This document shows, piece after piece, positions 39,351 to 51,026 of a DNA stretch of 64,000 nt. Position numbers and translations under genes: made by a program. The notes below the pieces were generated by a model. It worked only from the letters and a program-made list of their open reading frames with translations. It made no database searches and was not told where the DNA came from. The DNA is taken from contig CBFFRP010000432.1 of the NCBI GenBank assembly GCA_965644295.1, positions 392,214-456,213 of the forward strand, given 5' to 3'. The stretch is from Paraphysomonas bandaiensis (taxonomy: Eukaryota > Protista > Chrysophyceae). Position 1 is the stretch's first letter. Each line of letters starts with the position of its first letter.

Positions 39351-41072
39351 ATGAATCAGTGTTCATATATGCCGAATATATCTGTTCTTAATGATGATGT
39401 GATTCGTCTCATTATCTCTATGATCCCACACGCAGCTATCCTTCCAGTCATCATGACTTGTAAGAGATTTCACGATATGGCTGATAAGAGGAGAGTAGAG
39501 TCACATGCATCTCACTATTGTATGACCAACTCAATGGTTTCATGGGCTCTGTCTATGGGCTGCCCACATACTGAGCTATTGAATAGATGTGCAGAATACG
39601 GCAGACTACAGCAGATGAAGCATATCAAGCAAACCATCATTTACCATCATATACGCTCCGAGTACCCTTCATTCCTACGGGATGGACAGACATGCATTGC
39701 TGCTGCTAGGGCAGGACACTTGGATGTACTGAAGTGGCTTCGTTCACAGCACCCTCCATGTCCGTGGGATGAGCAGACTTGCAGTGCTGCTGCAGAGCAT
39801 GGACACCTGACTGTACTGAAGTGGCTCCGATCACAGGACCCTCCATGTCCGTGGGATGAGCAGACTTGCAGTGCTGCTGCTAGGGCAGGACACCTGGATG
39901 TACTGATGTGGCTCCGATCACAGTACCCTCCATGTCCTTGGGATGAACAGACTTGCAATTTTGCTGCAGAGCATGGACACCTGGATGTACTGAAGTGGCT
40001 TCGTTCACAGGACCCTCCATGTCCGTGGGATATGGAAATCGGCTATGGTGCTGCAGAAAATGGACACTTGTGTGTACTGAAGTGGCTTCGTTCACAGCAC
40101 CCTCCATGCCCATGGGGTGAATGGATTTGTGCTGCTGCTGCTAGTGCAGGACACCTGGATGTACTGAAGTGGCTTCGTTCACTGGATCCTCCATCTCCAT
40201 GGGGTGAATGGGCTTGCAGTGCTGCTGCTAATGCAGGACACTTGGATGTACTGAAGTGGATTCGTTCACAGGACCCTCCATGTCCGTGGGGTGAACAAAT
40301 TTGCCGTGTTGCTGCTACGGCAGGACACTTGGATGTACTGAAGTGGCTTCGAACACAGGACCCTCCATGTCCATGGAAGGGATACTTCTGTAGACGTGTT
40401 GTAGTTCATGGACACTTGGAGGTATTGAAGTGGATTCGTTCACAGGACCTTCCATGTTCATTGGATAAAGAGACTTGCAATCTTGCTGCAGAGCATGGAC
40501 ACCTGGATGTACTGAAGTGGCTTCGTTCACAGGACCTTCTATACCCATGTGGTGAACAGACTTGCAGGGTTGCTGCTAGGGCAGGACACCTGGATGTACT
40601 GAAGTGGCTTCGGTCACAGGACCCTCCATGCCCATGGGATGAACAGACTTGCAGTGCTGCTGCTAGGGCAGGACACCTGGATGTACTGAAGTGGCTTCGT
40701 TCACAGCACCCTCCATCTCCATGGGATGAACAGACTTGCAGTTTTGCTGCAGAGCATGGACACCTGAATGTACTGAAGTGGCTTCGTTCACAGGACCCTC
40801 CATGTCCGTGGGTTGAGCAGACTTGCAGTGCTGCTGCTAATGCAGGACACTTGGACGTACTGAAGTGGCTCCGTTCACAGGACCCTCCATGTCCGTGGGA
40901 TGAGCAGACTTGCAGTGCTGCTGCTAGGGCAGGACACTTGGATGTACTGAAGTGGCTCCGTTCACAACACCCTCCATGTCCGTGGGATGAACAGACTTGC
41001 AATTTTGCTGCAGAGTATGGACACCTGGATGTACTGAAGTGGCTTCGTTCACAGGACCCTCCATGTCCGTAG
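39351..41072 (+). CDS. F-box-like N-terminus plus 16 near-identical 29-aa ankyrin-type repeats; intronless
   Basis: LNDDVIRLIISMIP...VIMTCKRF (F-box-like), followed by the repeat GHLDVLKWLRSQDPPCPWDEQTCSAAARA (87-bp unit). Confidence 0.88.
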   Translation: MNQCSYMPNISVLNDDVIRLIISMIPHAAILPVIMTCKRFHDMADKRRVESHASHYCMTNSMVSWALSMGCPHTELLNRCAEYGRLQQMKHIKQTIIYHHIRSEYPSFLRDGQTCIAAARAGHLDVLKWLRSQHPPCPWDEQTCSAAAEHGHLTVLKWLRSQDPPCPWDEQTCSAAARAGHLDVLMWLRSQYPPCPWDEQTCNFAAEHGHLDVLKWLRSQDPPCPWDMEIGYGAAENGHLCVLKWLRSQHPPCPWGEWICAAAASAGHLDVLKWLRSLDPPSPWGEWACSAAANAGHLDVLKWIRSQDPPCPWGEQICRVAATAGHLDVLKWLRTQDPPCPWKGYFCRRVVVHGHLEVLKWIRSQDLPCSLDKETCNLAAEHGHLDVLKWLRSQDLLYPCGEQTCRVAARAGHLDVLKWLRSQDPPCPWDEQTCSAAARAGHLDVLKWLRSQHPPSPWDEQTCSFAAEHGHLNVLKWLRSQDPPCPWVEQTCSAAANAGHLDVLKWLRSQDPPCPWDEQTCSAAARAGHLDVLKWLRSQHPPCPWDEQTCNFAAEYGHLDVLKWLRSQDPPCP

Positions 41073-41381
41073 AATAATAGACATGAAAATAGATTGGATT
41101 AATCGTAAAGTACTCTTCATAATCACATAACGCATCTATTATTATAGTATCGAAAAATTCTGATAATTACCTGAAACGAAGAAGGCTATTCATGTTCGAT
41201 ATTAAAATTAGTAATATCTCTGCCAAGCTATTCACCAAATAGTAAACTCCGAACTGTTAAAAGTATGTTGTTCTCCTCGTACAACTAAAGATTACCCGAA
41301 TCTTGTTTCTTATGATCTGTAAGAGTAAGTCAGTATAAACAGTTGATAAGAAAAAGCTGCCAGTTAAACGGTCACCATATA

Positions 41382-41812
41382 TATTGAAAGTCTTTTTATT
41401 TAGCAATAGGCGTTAAAAACCTGTGCCAATATAGTGGCTAGTTGAATGCTAGACATACTAGTTAGACCTCTATCCATAACTAATCAGCACAAATTCCATT
41501 ATCCTACTATTTAACGCTACAGAAGCTGCTTGTGCGTCGCCGCAAGCACCAAGGTGCGACCACTTCCGTTCTTGATGTTGATTGCGAGTTTCGCCATTGT
41601 CGTGTGTCCTAGGACTTGGCGCTATATGATAGATGTGTATGTAGGGGACACGTTGTGCAACGTACAGCATGACAAGCGAAAGCAGTGATCTAAGTCTACT
41701 ACTACTACACTGGAACGCTTAAGACTACACATACATTGTGTGCAATTTGCATCGGGGACTGCCTTATGTACCTCACGGCAACCAGGGGAACACAGTACTA
41801 TACCCTGCTTAT
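41382..41812 (-). mobile_element. Short structured retroposon family, copy 2 (431 bp)
   Basis: Core module at 41382-41568 plus a unique distal part. 13-bp TSD CGGTCACCATATA at 41369-41381 and 41813-41825. Confidence 0.8.
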
Positions 41813-42179
41813 CGGTCACCATATACGCCCAAGTCGGTCACAACACCGAAACTATTTTTCGATTCCAAACAATACAACCGTCATCTCTTTCATAATTATC
41901 GCACATGAAATTACTCCTCGAAGCAATCGACGAGAAGTTTTCGTTTCCTTCACATCTCAGCTTATGGTTCCTATATTGCACATTGTATATCGTGAATATA
42001 GAATATAGTGATTGCTGAGTTAAGTATGAATATGCTCGTTGGCTGGTATTTTCAACTGCAGTAGTGTTACACTACAGTATATTACAGTAGTGATAAGCTG
42101 TATTCGGTGAGATATTTAACTAATTACTTCATAGTTTTTAGAGCCACAGCTGGCATATTAATCCACATGCTGTGTCATA

Positions 42180-43361
42180 ACGTTTTCAACAGCTTCCCAC
42201 CACTCCGTAGATGCCGATGTCGTTTAAAGCCCTCCTTCGATAAGGCCATTGTGAAGATTTAGAATGGTTACGAGGACTTTTTGACTCGTCATGAGAGAGA
42301 AGTAGTTACGAGATTTCGAACGGATGCAGAAGAAGCTGAATCACTGGATAGGACCGTCGAAGTGACAAATGTAAAAAGCGCTGCTGCTGCATTTGAACGA
42401 CACAGAGCCACCATATTGAAAGTCTTATTACTAGCAATAGGCGTTAAAAACCTGCACTAACTTAGTAGCTAGAGGAATGCTAGACAAACTAGTTAGACCT
42501 CTACCTGTAACTAATTAGTACACACTTTTTTATCCTACTATTTAACGCTACGGAAGCTGCTTGTGCGTTCGCCGCAAGCACCAAGGTGCGACCACTTCCG
42601 CTCTGAGTTCTTAAGGTGAACATCCCGGATGCTTGACTTCAGCAGGCAGCCCAATACCCCGGTTACCCTTCAGGTGGGCCCTGTCCCGGATGCCCTTGAG
42701 GTGGACCCATTCCCGGATGCCTGTTTATTCGTCAGGGCCCAAAGACGTCTACACAAGTAACACTTATTGGTGTCCCTTGTACCACACAAGCATTCGGCTA
42801 TGAGTGGGCAGAAGAATATCTGCTGACTATGTTTGCGGCTCACGTTAGTTTCCCAGAAAAATAACTCCGGTACTTATCCCCCAGAACACCACGAAAAGGT
42901 GCAAGTCCGACTTTGTTGAGGGCAGAGCCACCAAGAAATTACCACCAGAGCTTGACACTCACTATAGATCGACCAAGCACATATGTTTACTACAACTAAT
43001 GTTGTAGAGCAATTGTTCAGCAGAGCCATGACGCACTTGCCATAAGGAATGTCCCCACGACGCCTCGAACTGCTGTTCTCCCTTCGCTTCAACAAGCACT
43101 TGTGGACCGCAAAGACAGTACAATAGGTCATTGATGATGGGCCGTCTGATCATGACGAGAATGAGGATGAAAGTTACGAAGATTTGGAATACTTAGAGTA
43201 CTAGTTGCTGCATTGTTATTTGGTATTCATTATCATTTTTTCTTCATAGCGCCCAATATGTATCAATATATTGCAACATATTTATTAATTATTATTGGCC
43301 TTTAAAATATTATTATTCTTATTTATTTTCTTAGCTGCCAATATATTGTTATCGCCCCCTG
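42180..43361 (+). pseudogene. Decayed hAT transposase C-terminal region and right terminus, interrupted by retroposon copy 3
   Basis: Translates (with stops and frameshifts) as FDKAIVKI*NGYEDFLTRHERE...HRAT|KKLPPELDTHY...TTNVVEQLFSRA...MSPRRLELLFSLRFNKHLW, a hAT dimerization-type motif. Ends CAATATATTGTTATCGCCCCCTG, resembling the TIR of the 2075-2552 element. Confidence 0.7.
42414..42922 (-). mobile_element. Short structured retroposon family, copy 3 (509 bp), with candidate 5' HDV-like ribozyme
   Basis: 11-bp TSD CAGAGCCACCA at 42403-42413 and 42923-42933. Removing the insert restores the hAT reading frame. Core module at 42414-42600, internal TCCCGGATGC repeats. Confidence 0.85.
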
Positions 43362-44019
43362 ACTACAGAAACCCGAAGCCATTAGCGTGAATCCGAGCCA
43401 CGTGTACGGTATGTAAGTATTATGTAGTATTTGTAACTAACACTTTTCATATCTGTGAATCGGGTATTTATATAATAACGACAAAAATAAATTGAATATC
43501 AAAACGAATGTTTTGTATATATACAAATCAGGCGCAATTAACTTGACCAGTTAGTATGAACTTTCTATCGACTAAAAGGGAAAATATACCACATATCCAC
43601 ACGTGACCAACAGTGTTATAATAATATATATTCATCACCATGCCACATATTCTACTCGTGATTACTGGGAGGAGTTGCTCAACACTCAACAGATCTATGC
43701 AGCAATAGGAGAGTGATATGCCACTTTGCTATGTGTTGGACCTATTATACGATACTGAACTAAAACACTGTCCAGTGGAACCAGTATGTATACATTGCCT
43801 TGAAACACAATCAAACTGTGAGTAATCTTAAACTGTTCATTAACCTTATGAATCCATCCATACATACATACAGTATCCAACATGTCTACATGTCACCATG
43901 TTTTTTCATACACACAGGATTTTAGTCATAGATTTCCCGATTTCTAGAGATTCAAAAGTAAATTCCATGGTTTTTAATGCTGTTGAATATACTGCTGTGT
44001 ACATACAAGAAAAGGAAGA

Positions 44020-44700
44020 GTAGACACTTCCACTTCATGTGAATCACTGGAGGATACTTCAAGGAAACCAACACCTCAAACATTTGAAGCATAAGCATCA
44101 ACTCATATGCTAAAGATACACACAGTGATCTTGATTAGCTCATGCTCAATCAGAGGAAATAGGAAGAGATTAGAAGACTATGTGACGATAGCTTGGAGAA
44201 GAAGATGATCAGTACGAACCTGGTTAGCTGGGCTACCTACAGTAACATGATACCGTGTTTTAGCATTTGATTATTAGACTATATGCTTCAGTGCAGTCAG
44301 AAGCTGAGACGTCTCTGAAGGTATTGTGTCTCCAGTTCTCGCCGAGTGGAGAATTAACTATACATGAATTCATGAAGTTCTGCTATGACACTGAATTGAT
44401 TCTATTTGACAGCTAAAGTTAAGTTCACCGCTAGTGATTGAAAGCACATATTCTACAAAGTGATTGCTAGCACTTTAATCCACAGAAGAATGAATATTCT
44501 AACGGCGTCCTTCATGGGAAACGCTTTGTTTACGTGGTATTTCGTGTTGATGTCATACCTGAAATGCAAAAGGCGTGTCAGAGGGAGAAATATTGGAGTT
44601 CTCATCTAACTGTAGAGGTGTTGGGAGAAGAACTTATGCTAGTCCTTTGGGACCAAAGTTAGTGTCACTACTGGATCGTAGTTTTGTGGATGCTGAGGTC
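44020..44700 (+). pseudogene. Possible degraded gene fragment (p25-alpha/EF-like)
   Basis: Fragment ELTIHEFMKFCYDTELI...HIFYKVI interrupted by stops, downstream of a TACTGCTGT motif at 43990. Weak. Confidence 0.25.
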
Positions 44701-45152
44701 GAGAAAAATGCATCTGGGTATGAAGCTCATGTCTTTGAATAATACTATATGGTTGCATATATTTGAAACATTGTATTTCCTACTCGTAACACCCTCTGGT
44801 TACTTCTATACTAAAATGACTGGTACCTTTCATTGGGAAATCTTTATATATATATCGTATTGAGGTATCAGTATGGTAGGATCAAGTAAGTTACCTGGGC
44901 ACGACTATATCTATATGTATGACCCATTTTAACTTAAATTTCATGTCCAGTACAACAAGTTTCTAAAATTATTTTTGTCAATAATCTCAATAAAATCGAG
45001 TCACAAGGTTTTCTCAACGGAATGAGTAACTTTTTCGTGTACTTAAAATAGTAAATCACTGTTGCACGTGTTCGTATCACGAACTGTATTATTATTACGT
45101 CTCCCATACATCGTTGACGTTTCATATGTTAACATGTAATTTATTTTGACTG

Positions 45153-45310
45153 TTCACCACCTTAGGGACAGAGAGCGAGAGTGGTTACACGGGGCACCTT
45201 GGTGCTCCTTGCGGTGACGCACAAGCAGCTTTCGTAGCGTTTAATAGTAGGGTATCAGAGTTAAGCACTGACCCTTAAACGCCTATTGGTAATAATAAGA
45301 CATTCACAAC
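45153..45310 (+). mobile_element. Short structured retroposon family, copy 4 (diverged, opposite orientation)
   Basis: GCACCTTGGTGCTCCTTGCGGTGACGCACAAGCAGCTTTCGTAGCGTTTAATAGTAGG...AACGCCTATTG is the reverse complement of the core module. No convincing TSD. Confidence 0.7.
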
Positions 45311-45653
45311 TATGATATTGACTATTGACTGACTTGGTAGTAGTGATAATATCAGCATAGTAACTGACAATGAATGATGAGAAACGTATATCACAATTTA
45401 AATTAAGCGATTATTGAGTGAACTCACAGTCAGTAAAGTTAAACCATTCTAAAATGTCAAATTTGGTAGCCTAGAATAAGAAAGCATGCCCTCACCAACT
45501 ATGGGTTAGCTAGCAAATGACAATCCACTAAATTAATATTTCTGCTCCAGCGAGGTTCCAAATATATCTGTTTTGTCAGTATACCCGACGAAAAGGACTG
45601 TAGGTTCACGCACATTACTTCTTTGCTTTGACGTTGATGGCTTAAAGCATTCG

Positions 45654-48600
45654 CTACTTGGCATATTGACGAATCATGTCTACCTCTTGTCTGTTTATAA
45701 TCTCTGTCGCAAATTTCTGGTTTCAAGGATAAATAGGTCATTGATAAATAAATATCTAAAAAAAATGAACAGTACCTCATCCTTGGGGTCATCAAAAAAC
45801 CGCTTTGCTCGAGTAAATTTTATACCACCAGGGTTGTATGGCGGAATTCCTCCCAATAACCCTTCCGATGTCTTGGCAGTCTCGCAGTAGGGGGGTTCCT
45901 TTGGACGACGAGGTTCATGCAAATTTCCCCTGGAGTTTCTTCGTCGCCTACCATCCCAATATTTAGGCCTCTCCCCACCATCACCACCACAATAATCATT
46001 TCCATCATCAGGAGGCGGCGACATATGTTTTCCACAGTGAGAACACGTGTAGGGGCAGGGGGACTGTTCCACCCTACTAGGAAGACTAGTAAAATAATAC
46101 TGATGCATATGCACCGAATATGGCTGTGCACCCCAAGATGCACTAATCCCCCAACGATCGTCTGAAAGTGATACAATTTCCTGAATACGTCTTTCACTAG
46201 ATTCAAAGTTACGCTTCAGTCGCTTAAGAGATGTTATTAGTCCCCGAGCTAGTCCAGACACACCACTTTTTCCATGTAGGAGGTCCTCACAAGCCACTAT
46301 TGATGCCTTGACAGTGCGTACATTATCATTTACCCCTAGATAGTGGTCAATGGTGTCAATAAAAGCAGTGGACTTCGACAAAGTTTTGTTTCTGCTGAGA
46401 GTTTCCATATCTTCCCGTAAACATTCCTGCTCCTGGAAGTTCTGCATGTGGTTTACCATAACTACGTCTTCGATGTCTTGCCAAGTCTCTTGCAAAGCAT
46501 ACTTCACTTTCTCGCGATAAGAGTCTTGGCTAAGAAGAAGCTGAACGTTATCACTTGGGGATGATGCTTTGGCGGTGGCTATACTTGTGAGAACAGAGTC
46601 TAGTAAGAGGCGCAGTTGATCCACCGCCTGATGATCAAAAGTGTCATTTCCTTCACAAAATTGCATCAGTAAGCCTAGCGACTTTTCTATTTCAAGAAGT
46701 GAAAATACAGCGGCTTCTTCAACCCGATCTGGAAACTCGCCAGGCCCAACAATAGTAGGCATTACCTTTCGTATCGCCCCCATAGACTCTGAGAATGCAC
46801 AATGGTCCCATACTTCTGATATGTTGGACCACCACCCCGAAACATAGGCATCGGCACCACCACAGTGTTTAAGACTCCCCATAATTTTTCGTACGCTCGG
46901 CTTTATCGTATTGCGTATACGGGCCTCAACTGAAGTCACAATTACTCCGCTACTACTTAAGTCATCGGTTCTACACAACAGTACTTCGTCGAAAAGGTCT
47001 TCAATCTTACTGATCACCTCAATGCCGAAACGAAACACAGCACAATTGTGTTGTAGAGTGAGAGTAACATAATGAAAAAATTTTTTGAGGCGGGGAAGAA
47101 CAGATTTCGCTGTTTCTATTGCATCGACATAATCAAGTTCAGTACCATTTGATGAAAATCCAATAAGTTTCATTCCTTGAGAGAGCACACCACCACGATA
47201 ATTAACTTTTTCGAGTTTCTTCGCTGCATTCTGAAGAGGAACACAATTCATTTCTTTTAGCAACTCATCCGTCGATAATAAGATATCATCAATCATACCC
47301 TGCACTATGTGCACTAATGTTAACACTGTAGTGACATTATTTTCAGTTGTTCTGATATTGAGGAGTTGAAAGACATTCACAAAATTAAGATCTTCAATTT
47401 TGCAGCTAGATGCTAGTTGCCGAGCTATTTCAAAAATGTCATCTGAATTCATATCGTCCGAAAACACTTTCATATATTGTATCAAAGAACTTATCACCTT
47501 TGACGCACCCTTTAAGTGCCGTTGAAGTTTGGATAAGCTCTTATTCATCGTTTCTGTCCAGCAGACCATATCTGTCATCGAATCTTGAAGATACTTCAGC
47601 TTATCCGCCGTATAATCATTTGCGATTGACAAACAATTGTCAATTCGATCAATCATAACATGTTGTACACTCTCCGTCATTTCACCCATGGCTTCCATTA
47701 ATACTTGCCTCAAAGTCGATGCCAAGCACTGTCCATCCAAAAGAGTTGTGTGTAGCAAGCTTCTCACACCATCGCTCGGTCTCTTGCTTCGCTTTCGATG
47801 CACTTTTCGAAAAATTCCAACGATACCTGTCATGGCAGAGTCTCCCACTAGGCTACCTCGAAGAATTGCTGCTGCTCCAGCTTGATCATGAGGGAAAAGA
47901 CGAATTGCACACAACGACGCTCTCGTTACATGGGACAAATAGTTTGACGACAACAACCAGTTACCGTCTACCGCTTGCATACATTGCGACGAAACCAGTA
48001 GTTCATCATAAGTTATATAAAATGGATTCAGAGATGCGTTTATTGGAGTGCGCATCTGACGGATCATCTGTAGCTGTTTCTCTGCCTCAAAGTGTTTATA
48101 CACTTCAAAGCCAGCAGACACACACTTCACTAATCCATTCCTCAAATCCTCATCGATATTACGCGTGAGGACAGATTTAATTGCCCCTTTAACAACTTGT
48201 ATACCTCCGGAAGCAATCTCTTTCTTATGGTCCGTTAACATAGATCGTAAGCACGAAATACAGTCCAGAACCATAAGTGTATAGACCGTTTGCAAGGAAG
48301 AGGTCATATGCAATTCCAGTGTATCCAGCAACCCACCCGGCTGCGAAGATGCCTGTTTCGTAAGAAGCAATTTCCGTAATAGCATTTTCTTCTGTACTGA
48401 CTTCTCATGCTTTTCGTACTGTGAACCATTGTGTTCTTGGGTATCGTTGGACACCTTCGATACTGAATCTGTATGCAATTTCTCTGTCACTTTCCGTTTA
48501 TCTACACCTCTCGTAATATCCAGCACCATATTGATCTTGGTAGCACACAATACACCGTCATCTGAAAGTTTCCATATCTGCGAATCGTCTTGTAGTGAGC

Positions 48601-49565
48601 GGAGAACCAGTTGTTGCGTAGACCTATTACCGGGTCGGATATCTAGTACATGATTGTTCAACGTACTCTTTAAGTGACCACGCTTGGTCAATACCCAAAG
48701 TTGTTCTGCAGTTCCTTTCTTAACAAACCATGCCCACACTGTTTGTTTTCCACGTTCTACTTCAAGGACGTGGCCACTATACTGCGATGTTATGTAGTAC
48801 CTCGTTTCACCACTATTAATCGACGGCATGTGGGGTTCCAGTGCCCACACTTGAGTAGAGGAGTGATTGTTCTCATTCAGACACACGCCTGCACCCATTG
48901 CCGGATTGATGTGGGAACCACGCACTATTCGTTCCTCTCTGGAAGGCATAACGAGTGGTGAGAGTAGATAAAAGCAGAAAGTGTACATAATCTCTGCCAC
49001 AAGGCGCTGGATAGGAAGTATTATCCACAGGGTATCATGATCAGACTTGTACGTGCAAGCCAATGAAATAGTCCGCTGCAGTGACAAAAATAAACGGTTG
49101 ATACTTTTATCATCCCATTCCTCCCCTTGCCAGCCTCCTATCAATATCTACAAAATTAGTATGCTTCAGATTGACAACTTAAATATAATTCTCCTCAACA
49201 GACTTACATTTTCCACAAGATGCAATCCATGAACAATACGGTCTTCGTATTTCTTCCAATTCTCTCCACAAGTATCAAATATTTCCTTTAACTCACATGT
49301 TGCATCATTTAGAGCCTCTGAGCTCGATATACATACACTCAGAGCTGAATCATGTTTCGATTTACTCACTGCTTGAGGGACGATTGCCTCAGCTGTAACT
49401 GCAACAGCTTGAGCAGTCTTAATCAAAGTAATTTCTTTCTTGATTAAACTCAGCTCTATTCATAATATGTGACATGAAATTAAACGAGATACTGTTAAGT
49501 GACTCACCTGATAGAGTGTTTCGCTGTGATTCAAGTATCATCGCAATGTCCCCATCCTCTGTCAT
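45654..49565 (-). CDS. Large protein with a ricin-B-type lectin domain and long helical region
   Basis: YYITSQYSGHVLEV...EQLW...GHLKSTLNNHVLDI...SQIW...MVLDI (QxW beta-trefoil pattern) in a 1149-codon ORF. Upstream small exons start at ATG 49565. 3' end uncertain. Confidence 0.65.
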
Positions 49566-50139
49566 GATAGATATTACGATAGTCAATCTATATGAGGTTG
49601 TTAAATCTTATTCATATATCGTCTGAGATATCCTCATTAACATACTCATACAGTGACACTCAGCCATCTCTCTCTGCCTCTATCGTAATAATGTACAAGT
49701 GCAAGTGGACATGTATGTACAGCAGTAGTAGATATCTATAGAGTAGACTTCGCTCACTTTCCCTTCAATCCATTCGTGTGGATGGATACGTGCATATTCT
49801 TGCGAAAAAAAAGTGGGGATAGATATCGTACTTATGTCCACACTCTACGTACCATATAAAGCAATACAGCAAAAAGTGTATAAAAGTGTTCAGAATTTAA
49901 TGAATTCCATGGAATTTCACACTTTTTATTAGAGAAAATTGACAATATTAGGGGAATTATGTACAGCAGTATTCATACATGTATTTGAAAGTGGTGCTCT
50001 GTGTCGGGCCGTATCCGCCGAACTCTTTGTACATGGACACAGTGAGTCTTTAACTCTCACAGATCGCTTCTGATAAATCAAGTTAAGTTAATAATAGTAT
50101 CATTAACTATCAACTTGTGACTTGTCAGGTGCTTTACAA

Positions 50140-51026
50140 CAATTTCAATTCAATATATTATAGTATATAATAACCACCACTTACCATATATTTCTTAGTT
50201 TGTGTCTGGATGAGACAGTGATACGATAATGACAGTACACCCATCTCCCACACTGTGAGTCTATAGTGATCACGCACGCGTTTAGTCTGGACTCATCTGC
50301 ATATAGGAAAGTCTGATTATTACATGAGAATGGTTGTGTACAGAAACTAGTTTATATCTATAGACTAACTAAAAACTGGATTTGCTATATACTACTACTG
50401 GCGGGCAACCGTCTCGGGACTGCTTGTGCATCGCTGCGAGCACCATGGTTCAACCGTCCCTTGTATTGAGGTTAGTCGGGGGGTCTACCTTTGGGCAATG
50501 TGTCTGGCGGGCCTGTGTCATGGATTATGTGAGGGGTGAATGGAGCGAGATGTATATGAGAGTGTAAGTCGGTGGTGGAGATGGAGCTGGTTGTTGAGGT
50601 GGGGTTTCGGCCACAAGTAAGGAGGAGTTGTTTCCGGAGTGGTTGCGCTTGCCTCTGTCGGGTTTGGACTCTTGCAGAGGGTATAATTCTTGGGGTGGAT
50701 GTCGCCTGGAGTAGCTGGAGTATTTCTGGTGTCGGGTGAGTATCCTGGGACTGGCGTTGCTGTGAGTGTGTCGTGACCGGTGTTGTCGGTGCTGTGTCTG
50801 CGTTGTGGTGTCTGAGTCCCCTATTTCGAAGCATGCGGAGCTCTCCATCATATAGGGGGAGCAGGATAGAGGTGAAGGATTTTTCGAGGGCGTGGAACTG
50901 ATGTTCGAGCAGTGAGCTGGATATGTGGCGTCCGAATGCGTCGGCCAATTGTGTGGCAGTAATGTGGCCGTTCCAGTAGCGCTCAACCTGGGGGGTGTTT
51001 GAGTTCCATGGACTCATCGGCAACAC
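50140..51026 (-). mobile_element. Probable 5'-truncated LINE 3' fragment
   Basis: Abrupt compositional island, C/A-rich on the minus strand like the element at 58.7-64 kb. Intronless ORF remnant followed by a UTR-like tract ending in TTGAATTGAAATT. No clear TSD. Confidence 0.45.

Noticed and set aside
39700-41072. Regular 87-bp repeats as a CRISPR array
   Set aside because: Units are in-frame coding repeats without unique spacers, no cas genes are present, and the context is eukaryotic.
30966-45310. Structured repeat as a Fanzor/TnpB omegaRNA ghost
   Set aside because: No RuvC/TnpB ORF remnant seen next to any copy, and variable 8-13 bp TSDs fit retrotransposition better. Not fully excluded without a genome-wide search.
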